Shown here: one piece after another, positions 7,484 to 16,603 of the stretch
Layout of the letters: each line of letters opens with the position of its first letter
Position numbering within the stretch: position 1 is the stretch's first letter
Position numbers and translations under genes: made by a program
Source of the DNA: Nitrosopumilus sp.
GTDB taxonomy: Archaea; Thermoproteota; Nitrososphaeria; Nitrososphaerales; Nitrosopumilaceae
DNA length: 32,000 nt
Direction of reading: 5' to 3'
Assembly (NCBI RefSeq): GCF_040878665.1
Contig: NZ_JBBDLU010000002.1
Location: forward strand, 130,565 to 162,564
The notes under the pieces: model-generated
What the model was told of the DNA's origin: nothing
What the model saw: only the letters and a program-made list of their open reading frames with translations
The model's database searches: none

Positions 7484-7771
7484 TCAATTGAATTTGGCAA
7501 AGAATTCTATAATTTCTTTTGAATGATTTTCAACTAATTCGATGATTTCAAGATGTTCGTCAGGTGTTGGTTCTCTTTTGTGCACTATTTGAAACGCACT
7601 AAGTGCGGAACCCACCATTTCTCCTACAAAAAAGCCACACAAGAAATCCCCAATGTTTGCACAGTTCCATGTTTCACCTATTCTAGGTGAAGCTCCTGCT
7701 GACTTGTATAGTTCTAATGTTTGTTGAATCAAGTCTGTTGTTTGTTTTGCAAATTCAGGATCTAGAGTCAT
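7484..7771 (-). CDS. Hypothetical protein (95 aa) at the tail of the r-protein operon
   Basis: ORF starts 16 nt after the uL6 stop on the same strand. No recognisable family. Confidence 0.55.
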   Translation of the reverse strand: MTLDPEFAKQTTDLIQQTLELYKSAGASPRIGETWNCANIGDFLCGFFVGEMVGSALSAFQIVHKREPTPDEHLEIIELVENHSKEIIEFFAKFN

Positions 7772-7787
7772 GGAATGAAAATAGGTT

Positions 7788-8345
7788 TTACTTTTCTATA
7801 CCTTTTTTCTTTTCAAAAGAATAGATACCATCAAGAAATACTCTATGATCTTTGTCTTTTACTTTAGTTTTTAATTCGATGTTAGCTGCAGTTTGTGTAA
7901 TGTCTGTCCATACTTCTCCTGTAAGGATGACATCTTCCCCTTTTGGAACTACTTTAGTATTTCCAACAATATGTGTGATTCTTGCTGAACGTTCCCCTTG
8001 AAAGTTTTCGATTAGAATTTTCTTTCCTTCTATTTTCACTGTAATTGGAAAATGTGCATAAACTACTTTCATTTTAATTGTATATCCTGTAATCAAGCCT
8101 TCACAAATGTTTCTGATAATTGATCTAGCAGTATGTAAAATTGCGTAATCTCTTTTTTTTGTGTCAATTGATTTTAGTAATACTTTACCATCTTTGATCT
8201 CAATGTTCACTGGTATGGCACGAAAGTTTTTGAATGTCTTGCCTAGCGGTCCTACAAATTTTAACATGTGATTGTTCAAAGTGACAGTAACTCCCTCTGG
8301 AATTACTACTTCATCTTGGAATTTTTCAATTTGACTAGTAGACAT
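7788..8345 (-). CDS. rpl6: 50S ribosomal protein uL6
   Basis: Recognisable uL6 sequence in the conserved position after uS8. Confidence 0.95.
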   Translation of the reverse strand: MSTSQIEKFQDEVVIPEGVTVTLNNHMLKFVGPLGKTFKNFRAIPVNIEIKDGKVLLKSIDTKKRDYAILHTARSIIRNICEGLITGYTIKMKVVYAHFPITVKIEGKKILIENFQGERSARITHIVGNTKVVPKGEDVILTGEVWTDITQTAANIELKTKVKDKDHRVFLDGIYSFEKKKGIEK

Positions 8346-8727
8346 AACCTATCAAAAATCCTCCAATTCCTTTTTCTGATGCTTCATGATGTGACATCAC
8401 ACCTTGATTTGTAGTAACTAAAAGCATACCTCTATCATATGCTGGTAAATATTGTTGCTCCCAACTATTGAATTCGTCATTTTTTACTTTGAATCTTGGT
8501 GATATTGCCCCACATTTTGTTATTTTTGCTAATAATTTTATTTTGAATTTTCCGCCTCTTTTATCATCAATATGTTCAAACTCTCCAATGTATCCATCTT
8601 TTTGGAGTGTCTTTAGAACCTCTATGCCAAGTTTTGAAGTTGGAAGAATTATGCAATCTCCCTTTCTTCTTGCTTCATTATTGTATAGTGTTACAAACAA
8701 ATTTGCTAATACGTTAGTTGCTGGCAT
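8335..8727 (-). CDS. rps8: 30S ribosomal protein uS8
   Basis: LANLFVTLYNNEARRK...GGFLIGYVY is typical uS8, and the operon context agrees. Confidence 0.95.
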   Translation of the reverse strand: MPATNVLANLFVTLYNNEARRKGDCIILPTSKLGIEVLKTLQKDGYIGEFEHIDDKRGGKFKIKLLAKITKCGAISPRFKVKNDEFNSWEQQYLPAYDRGMLLVTTNQGVMSHHEASEKGIGGFLIGYVY

Positions 8728-8733
8728 TATATC

Positions 8734-8913
8734 TCACTTATTTTTCCTGAACCCTAAAGATGTTGCTACTTCTCTAAAACATCGTCTGCATAACATTAAA
8801 TCGTATTTTTGAATAACTGCGGTATAGTCTCCACATCTCTTACACCATCTTGAACCTCTTCCAAAATCATGTTTCTTTCTTCCTGTGGCTTCATATGATC
8901 TATCTTTTGCCAT
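8734..8913 (-). CDS. rps14: 30S ribosomal protein uS14 (zinc-binding type, 59 aa; below the ORF-track length cut-off)
   Basis: Manual minus-strand translation gives MAKDRSYEATGRKKHDFGRGSRWCKRCGDYTAVIQKYDLMLCRRCFREVATSLGFRKNK, with CxxC...CxxC. Its ATG shares one base with the uL5 stop (TAATG). Confidence 0.9.
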   Translation of the reverse strand: MAKDRSYEATGRKKHDFGRGSRWCKRCGDYTAVIQKYDLMLCRRCFREVATSLGFRKNK

Positions 8914-9434
8914 TATGTTATTGTCACTCCAAATTCTTTTACTAGATAATCCTTTGCTTCTTGATTTTTAATAACATGTTTTTTTCCAACTCTTGCTTTG
9001 TGTTTACTTCTAGTTCTGACTCCGTATCCTGGTCTGGTAAGTGTAATTGAAATTCCTAATCCTAAAATTCCTATCTGTGGATCATATTTTACACCTGGAA
9101 TGTCTATGTGTTCTTTAATTCCAAATGAATAGTTTCCAAAATTATCAAATGACTTGCCATTAACTTTGTGTCCTTTTGCTTCAAATAATCTTTTAGCTAA
9201 TTCTATTGCATCTTTTCCTCGCACTGTTACGGCTGCACCTATTGGCTCTCCTTTTCTAACTCCCCAATCTCTCTGTGTTTCTTTTGCATTACGCGCAGAT
9301 GATTTTTTTCCTGAGATTTGATCAAGTGCTTTTCTTGCAATGGTGATCACATCACCTGATTTTCCTACTCCCATATTCAGTACAACTTTCTCTAAAGAAA
9401 TTTTCTTCATTGGGGATTCTGTTATTTGAGACAT
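8913..9434 (-). CDS. rpl5: 50S ribosomal protein uL5
   Basis: Recognisable uL5 sequence in the conserved operon position. Confidence 0.95.
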   Translation of the reverse strand: MSQITESPMKKISLEKVVLNMGVGKSGDVITIARKALDQISGKKSSARNAKETQRDWGVRKGEPIGAAVTVRGKDAIELAKRLFEAKGHKVNGKSFDNFGNYSFGIKEHIDIPGVKYDPQIGILGLGISITLTRPGYGVRTRSKHKARVGKKHVIKNQEAKDYLVKEFGVTIT

Positions 9435-9438
9435 ATGA

Positions 9439-10155
9439 TCACTTTAATTGAATAACTGGCTCCTCTTTTCCAATCGGCATAATAATGTCTGCAGGTATCT
9501 CGATTTTTTTGTCTCCTAATGAAAGAATCACTCTTTTTGGAAGGATGAATGTTCCTTCTTCAACAGTTTCAATTTTACCAATTCGTCCTGTATTATTTCC
9601 ACGTGTAACTAGTCCTTGGCATCCTGGCTCTAATTTTATTATTTCAAGAATTTTTTGCTCTGGAATTTGTATAAGGCAAGTGTCTCCAACGTTTATTTTA
9701 CTATCAGAAATTGTTGAACGTCCGTCGTGAAACCCAATTTGTAATTTTCCTTTACTAATTGTAGTTTTACTAATCACTCTTACAAGTTTTTTTGTTTTTT
9801 CTGATTCTTTGATCTTTATTGGTTTGAGAAGCTTGTCTTCAGCTGGAACAAGACGATAAACATCTGAAACGTTTTCTAATTCCACTACATCCATTAATCC
9901 AATTGCATGATGAAGTGATTTCCTTACAACTCCATCTATTTTTACACTGCCTGAATAAATTGCAGATTTTGCTTCTCTAAGGCTTGTAACTACTTTTAAC
10001 ATGTCTCTTAGAAATACTGCAGTTGGTATGGAATAACTTTTTTTGTGTGGGCCTGGTCTTACTGTAACTACAAATCGACTGTCTTTTCTGCCAATTCCCC
10101 AAAACTGTGGAGCCATTTGACGTTTGAGTTTTTTACTACCTGAAATGCTTACCAT
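9439..10155 (-). CDS. rps4e: 30S ribosomal protein eS4
   Basis: KKLKRQMAPQFWGIGRK...VRPGPHKK is typical of archaeal/eukaryotic S4e. Confidence 0.95.
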   Translation of the reverse strand: MVSISGSKKLKRQMAPQFWGIGRKDSRFVVTVRPGPHKKSYSIPTAVFLRDMLKVVTSLREAKSAIYSGSVKIDGVVRKSLHHAIGLMDVVELENVSDVYRLVPAEDKLLKPIKIKESEKTKKLVRVISKTTISKGKLQIGFHDGRSTISDSKINVGDTCLIQIPEQKILEIIKLEPGCQGLVTRGNNTGRIGKIETVEEGTFILPKRVILSLGDKKIEIPADIIMPIGKEEPVIQLK

Positions 10156-10613
10156 TATTCATCCTTTTCCTCTTTTTTGGTTTTTTCTACTTTTGTTTCT
10201 TTAGGAACTTGTTTAGTTGATTCCTCTTTCACTGTTTCTGCTTGTGTTTTTGGTTGTTTTCTTGGATCTTTTCCTTCTAGTTTTAAAATTCTCCACTTAT
10301 CATTAGTGTTAAGTGAAGTCACTATTAGATTTGATGTGTGAATATATACATCAAATTTATCTCCTTTTGTTTTTTCTTTCTTTACTCCATCAATTGCAAC
10401 ACTATTTTTTTGTGTAGATATTTTTGATATTTTGCCATCCACTCCTTTGAATTCCCCTCTTAGGATTTTTACGCTGTCTCCTTCTATTACTCTGACGCTT
10501 CTTTTGCCATATTTTTTATGAAGTTCTTTTGATAATGGACTTGCAACTTGTTTACTTTTTGTTTGGAAAGTTGCTTGATAAATCAAATTGTTACGCATTT
10601 TTGTTGGTTTCAT
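10155..10613 (-). CDS. rpl24: 50S ribosomal protein uL24 with Lys/Glu-rich C-terminal extension
   Basis: KOW-type core ([26 protein letters not shown]) and operon position. Confidence 0.9.
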   Translation of the reverse strand: MKPTKMRNNLIYQATFQTKSKQVASPLSKELHKKYGKRSVRVIEGDSVKILRGEFKGVDGKISKISTQKNSVAIDGVKKEKTKGDKFDVYIHTSNLIVTSLNTNDKWRILKLEGKDPRKQPKTQAETVKEESTKQVPKETKVEKTKKEEKDE

Positions 10614-10617
10614 TTTG

Positions 10618-11040
10618 TTATACCACCATTGATGCCAAGTTAGCTACTCTTGGCCATTTTTCTGAAGCTTCTGCTGCTACGGGTCCTTTAATGTCTGTAC
10701 CTTTTGTTTCTCCTTCAGGAGTGATTAATACTGCTGCATTATCTTCAAAACAAACTCTCACACCATTTAATCTGCGTACTGCATATTTTTGTCTAATGAT
10801 AACTGCGCCATAAACCTGTTTTCTTAATTCTGCCGGTCCTTTCTTTACTACAACATTACAAAAGTCCCCTACTGATGCTGATGCAAGTCTAGATGATCTT
10901 GTGTGGTGTCTTGGAACATTAATTATTTCTAATGTTTTTGCACCTGAATTATCTGCACATACAATATTTGCACCGACTGGAATTGCTTTGGTGACATACG
11001 GACGAAACTCTTCTACTCCTTTACCTGCTTGTTTTGCCAT
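10618..11040 (-). CDS. rpl14: 50S ribosomal protein uL14
   Basis: Recognisable uL14 (CADNSGAK...), and the operon position agrees. Confidence 0.95.
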   Translation of the reverse strand: MAKQAGKGVEEFRPYVTKAIPVGANIVCADNSGAKTLEIINVPRHHTRSSRLASASVGDFCNVVVKKGPAELRKQVYGAVIIRQKYAVRRLNGVRVCFEDNAAVLITPEGETKGTDIKGPVAAEASEKWPRVANLASMVV

Positions 11041-11363
11041 TATTCTTTAACCTCCACAACTACATATGATACTGATTTTGAGATCGGTCTGCATTCTGCA
11101 GTTAAGACATGATCCCCTTCTTCCACATCGATACAACCTGGTACATGTGCATGAATAGTACTTGTACCTCTTGCATATCTTTTGAATTTACTAAAATAAA
11201 TTGGTGCATCTTTTTGTAATGTAATTGTCTGTTTTGCTTTATTTCCTGTTACTTTACCGTCGAATAGCTTTCCTCTAATTGATAGACCTCCGTGGAATGG
11301 ACAATGTTTGTCTTCACATTCTCTTTTTGGTTCCTTAACTTTTAATCCTATATTTTGAGTCAT
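11040..11363 (-). CDS. rps17: 30S ribosomal protein uS17
   Basis: Archaeal uS17 pattern (CEDKHCPFHGGLSIRG), and the operon position agrees. Confidence 0.95.
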   Translation of the reverse strand: MTQNIGLKVKEPKRECEDKHCPFHGGLSIRGKLFDGKVTGNKAKQTITLQKDAPIYFSKFKRYARGTSTIHAHVPGCIDVEEGDHVLTAECRPISKSVSYVVVEVKE

Positions 11364-11626
11364 GCTTTACCTCCAATTCTATCAAAAGGTCTTTTTGCAA
11401 TACTCGTTCCTTTTACTATTACGTCTTTACTCTCAATTGAAAATTTCCAACTATTAGTAGATTTTGCAATTTGTTTCAAGCCATTTATTGTATTTATTGT
11501 AAACATGGATTTTGTTTCATTAACAATTCTTCCATTTAATCCTATTACTTGTGGATTGCTTGATTCTATGATCTCAGTATCCAATCCTATGAATTCGTGT
11601 GCTGTTATGTTATTTACAGTGATCAT
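11360..11626 (-). CDS. rnp1: Ribonuclease P protein component 1 (Rpp29/Pop4 homologue)
   Basis: HEFIGLDTEIIESSNPQVIGLNGRIVNETKSMFTI matches the Rpp29 Sm-like core. Sits in the canonical archaeal slot between uL29 and uS17. Confidence 0.85.
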   Translation of the reverse strand: MITVNNITAHEFIGLDTEIIESSNPQVIGLNGRIVNETKSMFTINTINGLKQIAKSTNSWKFSIESKDVIVKGTSIAKRPFDRIGGKA

Positions 11627-11829
11627 TTTTTATTTTTCATCTCATTTACTCTTGTTAACATTCGTGCAATATCGTGACGAATTGGTTTTAGTTTGCCACT
11701 TTCTTTTCTAAGTGTGCCTTTAGAAGCATCAATTCTTAGTTTAGCAAGTTCACTTCGTGATTCTTGAATTTTACTTTGAATATCTTTCTCATTTAACTGT
11801 CTGATTGTCTTCATGCTGAGTCTGGTCAT
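11623..11829 (-). CDS. rpl29: 50S ribosomal protein uL29
   Basis: Size, helical basic sequence and operon position. Confidence 0.9.
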   Translation of the reverse strand: MTRLSMKTIRQLNEKDIQSKIQESRSELAKLRIDASKGTLRKESGKLKPIRHDIARMLTRVNEMKNKK

Positions 11830-12581
11830 TTGAGTCTCTCCTCTTCTTCTTCTAATGTTTCAAGCTCTTTCATTTTTTCCTCTTCAATTGCAATTTGTTC
11901 TGATTCTGTTCTTGCTTTGGTTTCTGCTGCAGTTTCATCCCTCATCTTTCCGGTATTTTTGTCTTGAATTTGTGCTTTCTTTTTGACTTTCTCATCTCTC
12001 ATTTCAAATTCTGGGATGAGTTTTTCTTTTCTAGCTATTCTTATTCTAATTCCAATTAATCCCATTGGGGTTTGTACATGTGCGATGTCTTCATCAACAA
12101 TGATTTCTGCATGATGTCCTGCTCTTGGTAAAATTCCTTGAGTATGTTTTTCAAATGCTGAACGATCCCCTCTTAATTTACCTGAAATTGTAATTTGTAC
12201 TCCCATTGCACCTCCTTCCATTATTTGTTTTAATGTCCACATTGTTGCTCTTCTAAATGCCGTTCCTCTTTCTAGATGTGCTGCCATTCTGTTACACATT
12301 ACACTTGGAGCAAGTTCTGGCTTTTCAATTTCAACTACTGATATCTGTGGATTTTTTAATCCAAAATCTGTTGCAAGTGTATCTGTTAATGATCTTATTC
12401 CTGATCCTTTTCTACCGATAACTATTCCTGGTCTTGTTACATGTAGTGCTACTCTTGTTCCAACTGGAGTTTTTGAAATTTCCGCATGTGAAAAACCTGC
12501 GTCTTTGATAGCTCCTCTAAGATAATCTTTAAGCAACATCATGTTGTAGTTGTCTTTAATTACATTTTTTACTGCTGACAT
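11826..12581 (-). CDS. rps3: 30S ribosomal protein uS3 with acidic/basic C-terminal extension
   Basis: KH-domain core ([14 protein letters not shown]), and the operon position agrees. Confidence 0.95.
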   Translation of the reverse strand: MSAVKNVIKDNYNMMLLKDYLRGAIKDAGFSHAEISKTPVGTRVALHVTRPGIVIGRKGSGIRSLTDTLATDFGLKNPQISVVEIEKPELAPSVMCNRMAAHLERGTAFRRATMWTLKQIMEGGAMGVQITISGKLRGDRSAFEKHTQGILPRAGHHAEIIVDEDIAHVQTPMGLIGIRIRIARKEKLIPEFEMRDEKVKKKAQIQDKNTGKMRDETAAETKARTESEQIAIEEEKMKELETLEEEEERLK

Positions 12582-12583
12582 TT

Positions 12584-13051
12584 CTAAATCTCCCTTGCCA
12601 CCAATTCGACATGTGTTAATACATTGTTCTTAGGAGTTGCTCTTCCCATAGCTCTTGGAATGAATCTTTTTACTATTACCCCTTTGTGAACTGTTGCATT
12701 AATGATTCGTAATCTGTCTAGGTCCATTCCTTTGTATTCTGCATTTGATTCTAAATTATCTAAAACTTTAATGAATTCTTTTGCTGTTTTTTGAGGGTAA
12801 CGCCCTGACATGACACCTGGGTCTGCTTTATGCCCTACTTGATTTTTATATCTTCTAAATGGCACTGCTCTTTTTTTGTTAATCACTGCTTGCAAATAAT
12901 CTCTTGCTTTTTCTATGGATAGGCCCTTTAGTGATACTGCAACTTCGCGAGCATGTTTATGTGAAATGTCTTTTTCTCTTAAAGATGAACGTACATGTTT
13001 TGTTGCATCATAGTTTTGGAAAGCGTAATTGAATCTACCCATAATAATCAC
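12584..13051 (-). CDS. rpl22: 50S ribosomal protein uL22
   Basis: Recognisable uL22. The start could instead be the Met at 13042 (MGRFNYA). Confidence 0.9.
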   Translation of the reverse strand: MIIMGRFNYAFQNYDATKHVRSSLREKDISHKHAREVAVSLKGLSIEKARDYLQAVINKKRAVPFRRYKNQVGHKADPGVMSGRYPQKTAKEFIKVLDNLESNAEYKGMDLDRLRIINATVHKGVIVKRFIPRAMGRATPKNNVLTHVELVAREI

Positions 13052-13443
13052 TTTAATGGCACGTAGAGACTGGATCTTGATGCACCTACACCTGGGGCAC
13101 CGTGTGAAACTCTCTTGTTTGTTATTACATATTCTCCTAAATAATGTCCAATCATCTCCGATGTGATTGTAACTGATTGGAATTCCTTTCCAGAGAATAC
13201 GTTTACTGTGACTCCTACCATGTATGGTAGTACTATCAAATCTCTAAGGTGAGTTTTGATAGGATTTTTCATTTTACCTGCTTTTGCAGATTTTATTTCT
13301 TCAATTAATTTTCTTTTTCCGTCATTAATGCCTCTTGTTAATGATCTTCTTTGTCTAGAATTGAACAGTGTGAATAATTTTTCTAGTGATAAACTATCAA
13401 GTTCCACTTGTGGGATTCCTCTATATGAAAATTCTTTAACCAT
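13048..13443 (-). CDS. rps19: 30S ribosomal protein uS19
   Basis: Recognisable uS19 (GKEFQSVTITSEMIGHYLGEY...HGAPGVGA). A GGAG-containing sequence lies ~9 nt upstream of the ATG. Confidence 0.95.
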   Translation of the reverse strand: MVKEFSYRGIPQVELDSLSLEKLFTLFNSRQRRSLTRGINDGKRKLIEEIKSAKAGKMKNPIKTHLRDLIVLPYMVGVTVNVFSGKEFQSVTITSEMIGHYLGEYVITNKRVSHGAPGVGASRSSLYVPLK

Positions 13444-13487
13444 CTCTATTCTCCTTTGTTAATGTACTTCGAGTTCTATGGTCCATA

Positions 13488-13754
13488 TTATAGCATTCCT
13501 ATCTTTGTTGCCAAATCCCTTGCTTTTTCTGTACTTTCAAACTGCACAAATGCTTTTTTACCGTAAATTGTTCTTGCTGTGTTTACTTTTTTGACATTTT
13601 CTTTGTATAATGTCTTTACTGCTTCTGAAATTTCTGATTTGTTTGCAGATATCTCTACTATGAAGCAAATCTTGCTTTCACTTTCTACCATTGCAAATGT
13701 CTTTTCGGTAATGTATGGTTTGATGATTATTTTCATTGCTTGATCTACATTCAT
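13488..13754 (-). CDS. rpl23: 50S ribosomal protein uL23
   Basis: Recognisable uL23 in the conserved position after uL4. Confidence 0.9.
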   Translation of the reverse strand: MNVDQAMKIIIKPYITEKTFAMVESESKICFIVEISANKSEISEAVKTLYKENVKKVNTARTIYGKKAFVQFESTEKARDLATKIGML

Positions 13755-14563
13755 TGTATTTTCACCATTAATTCTAGATGTGTTGATTTTATTTTTCCAA
13801 TTTCTTCTATTGCTGATTTGGAATATACTGTTAATCTAATTGGGTCTGATCCTGGAGCCAAGTCTAATACGCTTAGTTCTTTAGCATTTCTTACTTCTAC
13901 ACCTGGTACAGCACCTACTGCTTTAACTAAATTAGAAGAATCTGATGTTACAAACAAAACACTTTTTCCAACTTTTTTATTTCTACCTCTCAATCTTGAT
14001 TGTCCGGAACGAGGTTTTCTTGCGTTTAGTCTTTTGACGTCCTGTGATAATTTCAATGAATCTAACACTTTGATAATTTCGCTTGTCTTAGAGATTGATT
14101 CAATATCATTTGATACTATTATTGGAAATGACTCGATACCTTCAATTTTATGTCCTCTTAATTCTACTAATTCTTTTGATGCTGTTGCAGCTATTGCAGA
14201 ACATAGTGCTAATTTGTTTTCTTTTTTGTTTAATTTTTTGTAAATTATTTTGTCGACAATTGGTGGGTGTGCTTGTCTTCCACCTCTAGTAGATGCTACT
14301 TCTGCACCTTGACCTTGTCTTCCTCCTCCACCACCACTCATTCTTGCAACACGAGCAACACCTTGGCCTGTTGGAGGATCGTTTGAATCTGCCACTACAT
14401 CCATACCTGCAGTTGGTTTTCTTCCCTGTCTCTGAAATTTATGAGATGTTAAATTAGTGAAAGCTTTGTGAATTAGCTCTCTTCTATATGGAGTTGAGAA
14501 TATTGTTGGAAGTTCTACTTCTCCATCTTTAGTTCCAGATGTTGAATAAGTTGTTATTTTCAT
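13751..14563 (-). CDS. rpl4: 50S ribosomal protein uL4
   Basis: Recognisable archaeal uL4 with a Gly-rich loop (SGGGGGRQGQGA). Confidence 0.95.
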   Translation of the reverse strand: MKITTYSTSGTKDGEVELPTIFSTPYRRELIHKAFTNLTSHKFQRQGRKPTAGMDVVADSNDPPTGQGVARVARMSGGGGGRQGQGAEVASTRGGRQAHPPIVDKIIYKKLNKKENKLALCSAIAATASKELVELRGHKIEGIESFPIIVSNDIESISKTSEIIKVLDSLKLSQDVKRLNARKPRSGQSRLRGRNKKVGKSVLFVTSDSSNLVKAVGAVPGVEVRNAKELSVLDLAPGSDPIRLTVYSKSAIEEIGKIKSTHLELMVKIQ

Positions 14564-15555
14564 TATATTACTACCTCCAAAATGTTTGGTTTGATAACTT
14601 TGGCTGGAACATTTCGTATCTGACTTCTCATTTTGATTAGTCGTTTGTATGTTCCTGGAACTGATCCTTTTAGAATTATGAAATCTCCTTTAACTAAACC
14701 AAAGTGTTTGTATCCTCCATCTGGATTAATTTTAATTCCATCTGATTCTGTGTTACCCATTATCATAATTCTTTTATCGTATTCTATTCTTTGATGGAAT
14801 CCCATCTGTCCTGCTCTTGGAACTGTAAACATGACGCTTTGTGGTGAAATTGGACCTAATGAACCAACTTCTCTAACCGTCTTTCTTGATTTATGTTGTT
14901 TCTTTTTTACTCCCATTCTTGTAATTACACCTTGCCATCCGTGACCTTTTGTAATTGCTGCAACATCTACACTTGCACCTGTTTCAAAAATCTGATCAAT
15001 TTTGATTTCTTTTCCAAGTAACTCTTTAACATGAGTAAATTGTTTTTGTATGTCTCCACCACTAACAGATGCTTCAAAAACATATGGCTTCTTTTGCTCT
15101 AATCCTGCATCTCTTGGTGAGACTGCAACTATTGCGAAAATCTCTTTAATCTGTTTTAATCTTTTTTCTGCATTTTCAATTGAACCTGCAACATTTTTAA
15201 TTGTAATTTCTTTAGCGATATTTTTTGGTATGTCCTCTGCGTATACGTCAAACTCTGCATGCATTCCATAATGATCTTTTGAATATCCACGTATTCCTAA
15301 AATTAACACTGGTGGTGTTACTAGTACTGTTCCTAAACTAACAAGCTGTTTTCCTGCATTTGGTACTTTGTCACGATCATCAATAGTCACAATCTGTACG
15401 CAACCTGCTTTGAATCCACAATGTGCTAAAATTTTTGGTTCTTGTGAATTTAATTTTGGCCATGCTCTGATTCTTGGCTCCATACTTCTCGCACGGCTTC
15501 TTGGTAAGTATGCAAGACTTCCTCTACGTGGTTGGTGACGTTTTCGAGCTCCCAT
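14563..15555 (-). CDS. rpl3: 50S ribosomal protein uL3
   Basis: Recognisable archaeal uL3 (RKRHQPRRGSLAYLPR...). First gene of the operon. Confidence 0.95.
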   Translation of the reverse strand: MGARKRHQPRRGSLAYLPRSRARSMEPRIRAWPKLNSQEPKILAHCGFKAGCVQIVTIDDRDKVPNAGKQLVSLGTVLVTPPVLILGIRGYSKDHYGMHAEFDVYAEDIPKNIAKEITIKNVAGSIENAEKRLKQIKEIFAIVAVSPRDAGLEQKKPYVFEASVSGGDIQKQFTHVKELLGKEIKIDQIFETGASVDVAAITKGHGWQGVITRMGVKKKQHKSRKTVREVGSLGPISPQSVMFTVPRAGQMGFHQRIEYDKRIMIMGNTESDGIKINPDGGYKHFGLVKGDFIILKGSVPGTYKRLIKMRSQIRNVPAKVIKPNILEVVI

Positions 15556-15580
15556 GATTAAGTCGAATCTAGATTGCCCT

Positions 15581-15588
15581 CTATTAAA
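15581..15588 (-). promoter_or_regulatory. Candidate TATA box (TTTAATAG on the minus strand) for the r-protein operon
   Basis: AT-rich TATA-like octamer centred ~30 nt upstream of the uL3 ATG, which would give a very short leader. Position-based guess only. Confidence 0.3.
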
Positions 15589-15647
15589 CCATATGAGATA
15601 TAGTTAACCTTGCTAAATTTTTTGGTTAACCATATGTGCCTAATTTA

Positions 15648-15758
15648 TCATGGTGTGAATAATTCCGATACAGAATTCCAAATTGTTATTGCACCAATAA
15701 CAATCCCAATGACTCCAATTCCAACAGCTAATAATAAAAAATTTTTTCTTTCTGGCAT
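15648..15758 (-). CDS. Candidate small membrane protein (36 aa; not in ORF track)
   Basis: Manual translation gives MPERKNFLLLAVGIGVIGIVIGAITIWNSVSELFTP, with one clear TM helix. The ATG is separated by a single base from the stop of the upstream SPOUT gene (TGAtATG). Confidence 0.3.
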   Translation of the reverse strand: MPERKNFLLLAVGIGVIGIVIGAITIWNSVSELFTP

Positions 15759-15759
15759 A

Positions 15760-16572
15760 TCATGATGTATTATATGCGTTAATTACAGCCAAAGTTCCTA
15801 ACACTGCTTCTTCTAAACGAACTGTTTCAGTAGCTTGGTTTGGAAAAAAGTTTAGAGATCTCGCATTTTGTACATTTTTCATCTTACCTCCAATGATCTC
15901 ATGTACACCTTTTTCAGGAGATCCAAATACTACTAGTATCGGTTTATCTACTTTAGTATATTTTGAGATCTGCTCTTTCGTAGCAGTTTTCCCTTTTCGT
16001 GATGTTATGATGATATTTCCTTTCCATTCGTCTAATAGTGAATACAAGTTTGCTCTTTCTTTTACTGAATACCCCCAATATGCTGGAACTTCACTCTTGT
16101 TGATCTCTTTTACAGATAATCGTGGATATCCTTCTTTGAATTGGACTGTTATTCTTTTTCCAACTGATGTATTACCAAAAAATGGTATTAATTGATTAAT
16201 CCCAACATCTACAAATCTTTTACCTTTCAAGCTTACTACAATGCCTTCTCTTATATCTCCACGGTTAATTTTTTTAGCATTAGCAGGTGTGATGTGACTT
16301 GGAATTTTCAATGGTAGTAACACTCCTGCAAATTTCAAATCATTCATTTTTGGAAATAATCTTCGTCTCAAAAACTGTGGTGTTTCTAAAAACTTTAGAA
16401 TCATAATCATAAGATTTCCATCTGATTTTGTATTTCCTTCTTGATACACATAGATTGTATCTATTTTGAAAATTGCGCAAGCTCTTGCTAACACTGATAT
16501 TTTTCGTGTTTTGTCTATTTTGAGTGATTCATCTGATAACGCAGATTCAGGGATTGCAACGGATAATTTCAA
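15760..16572 (-). CDS. Putative SPOUT-superfamily RNA methyltransferase (DUF171 / COG2106 type)
   Basis: N-terminus LSVAIPESALSDE...LARACAIFKIDTIYVY and the 270-aa length fit the DUF171 family as I recall it. Confidence 0.7.
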   Translation of the reverse strand: MKLSVAIPESALSDESLKIDKTRKISVLARACAIFKIDTIYVYQEGNTKSDGNLMIMILKFLETPQFLRRRLFPKMNDLKFAGVLLPLKIPSHITPANAKKINRGDIREGIVVSLKGKRFVDVGINQLIPFFGNTSVGKRITVQFKEGYPRLSVKEINKSEVPAYWGYSVKERANLYSLLDEWKGNIIITSRKGKTATKEQISKYTKVDKPILVVFGSPEKGVHEIIGGKMKNVQNARSLNFFPNQATETVRLEEAVLGTLAVINAYNTS

Positions 16573-16603
16573 TGTAATTTAATCTCTCAGGCAGTTAGAA
16601 TAA

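Noticed and set aside
8468-15271. Plus-strand ORFs inside the ribosomal operon (8468-8812, 9485-9730, 10529-10813, 11355-11711, 13256-13462, 13740-14243, 14095-14289, 15050-15271)
   Set aside because: All lie antisense to confidently identified r-protein genes and have low-complexity or hydrophobic compositions typical of shadow ORFs in AT-rich DNA.
16384-16400. TTCTAAA-aac-TTTAGAA dyad resembling the palindrome family
   Set aside because: It lies inside the SPOUT methyltransferase CDS, has only 7-bp arms, and has a different centre. Most likely coincidental in AT-rich coding sequence.
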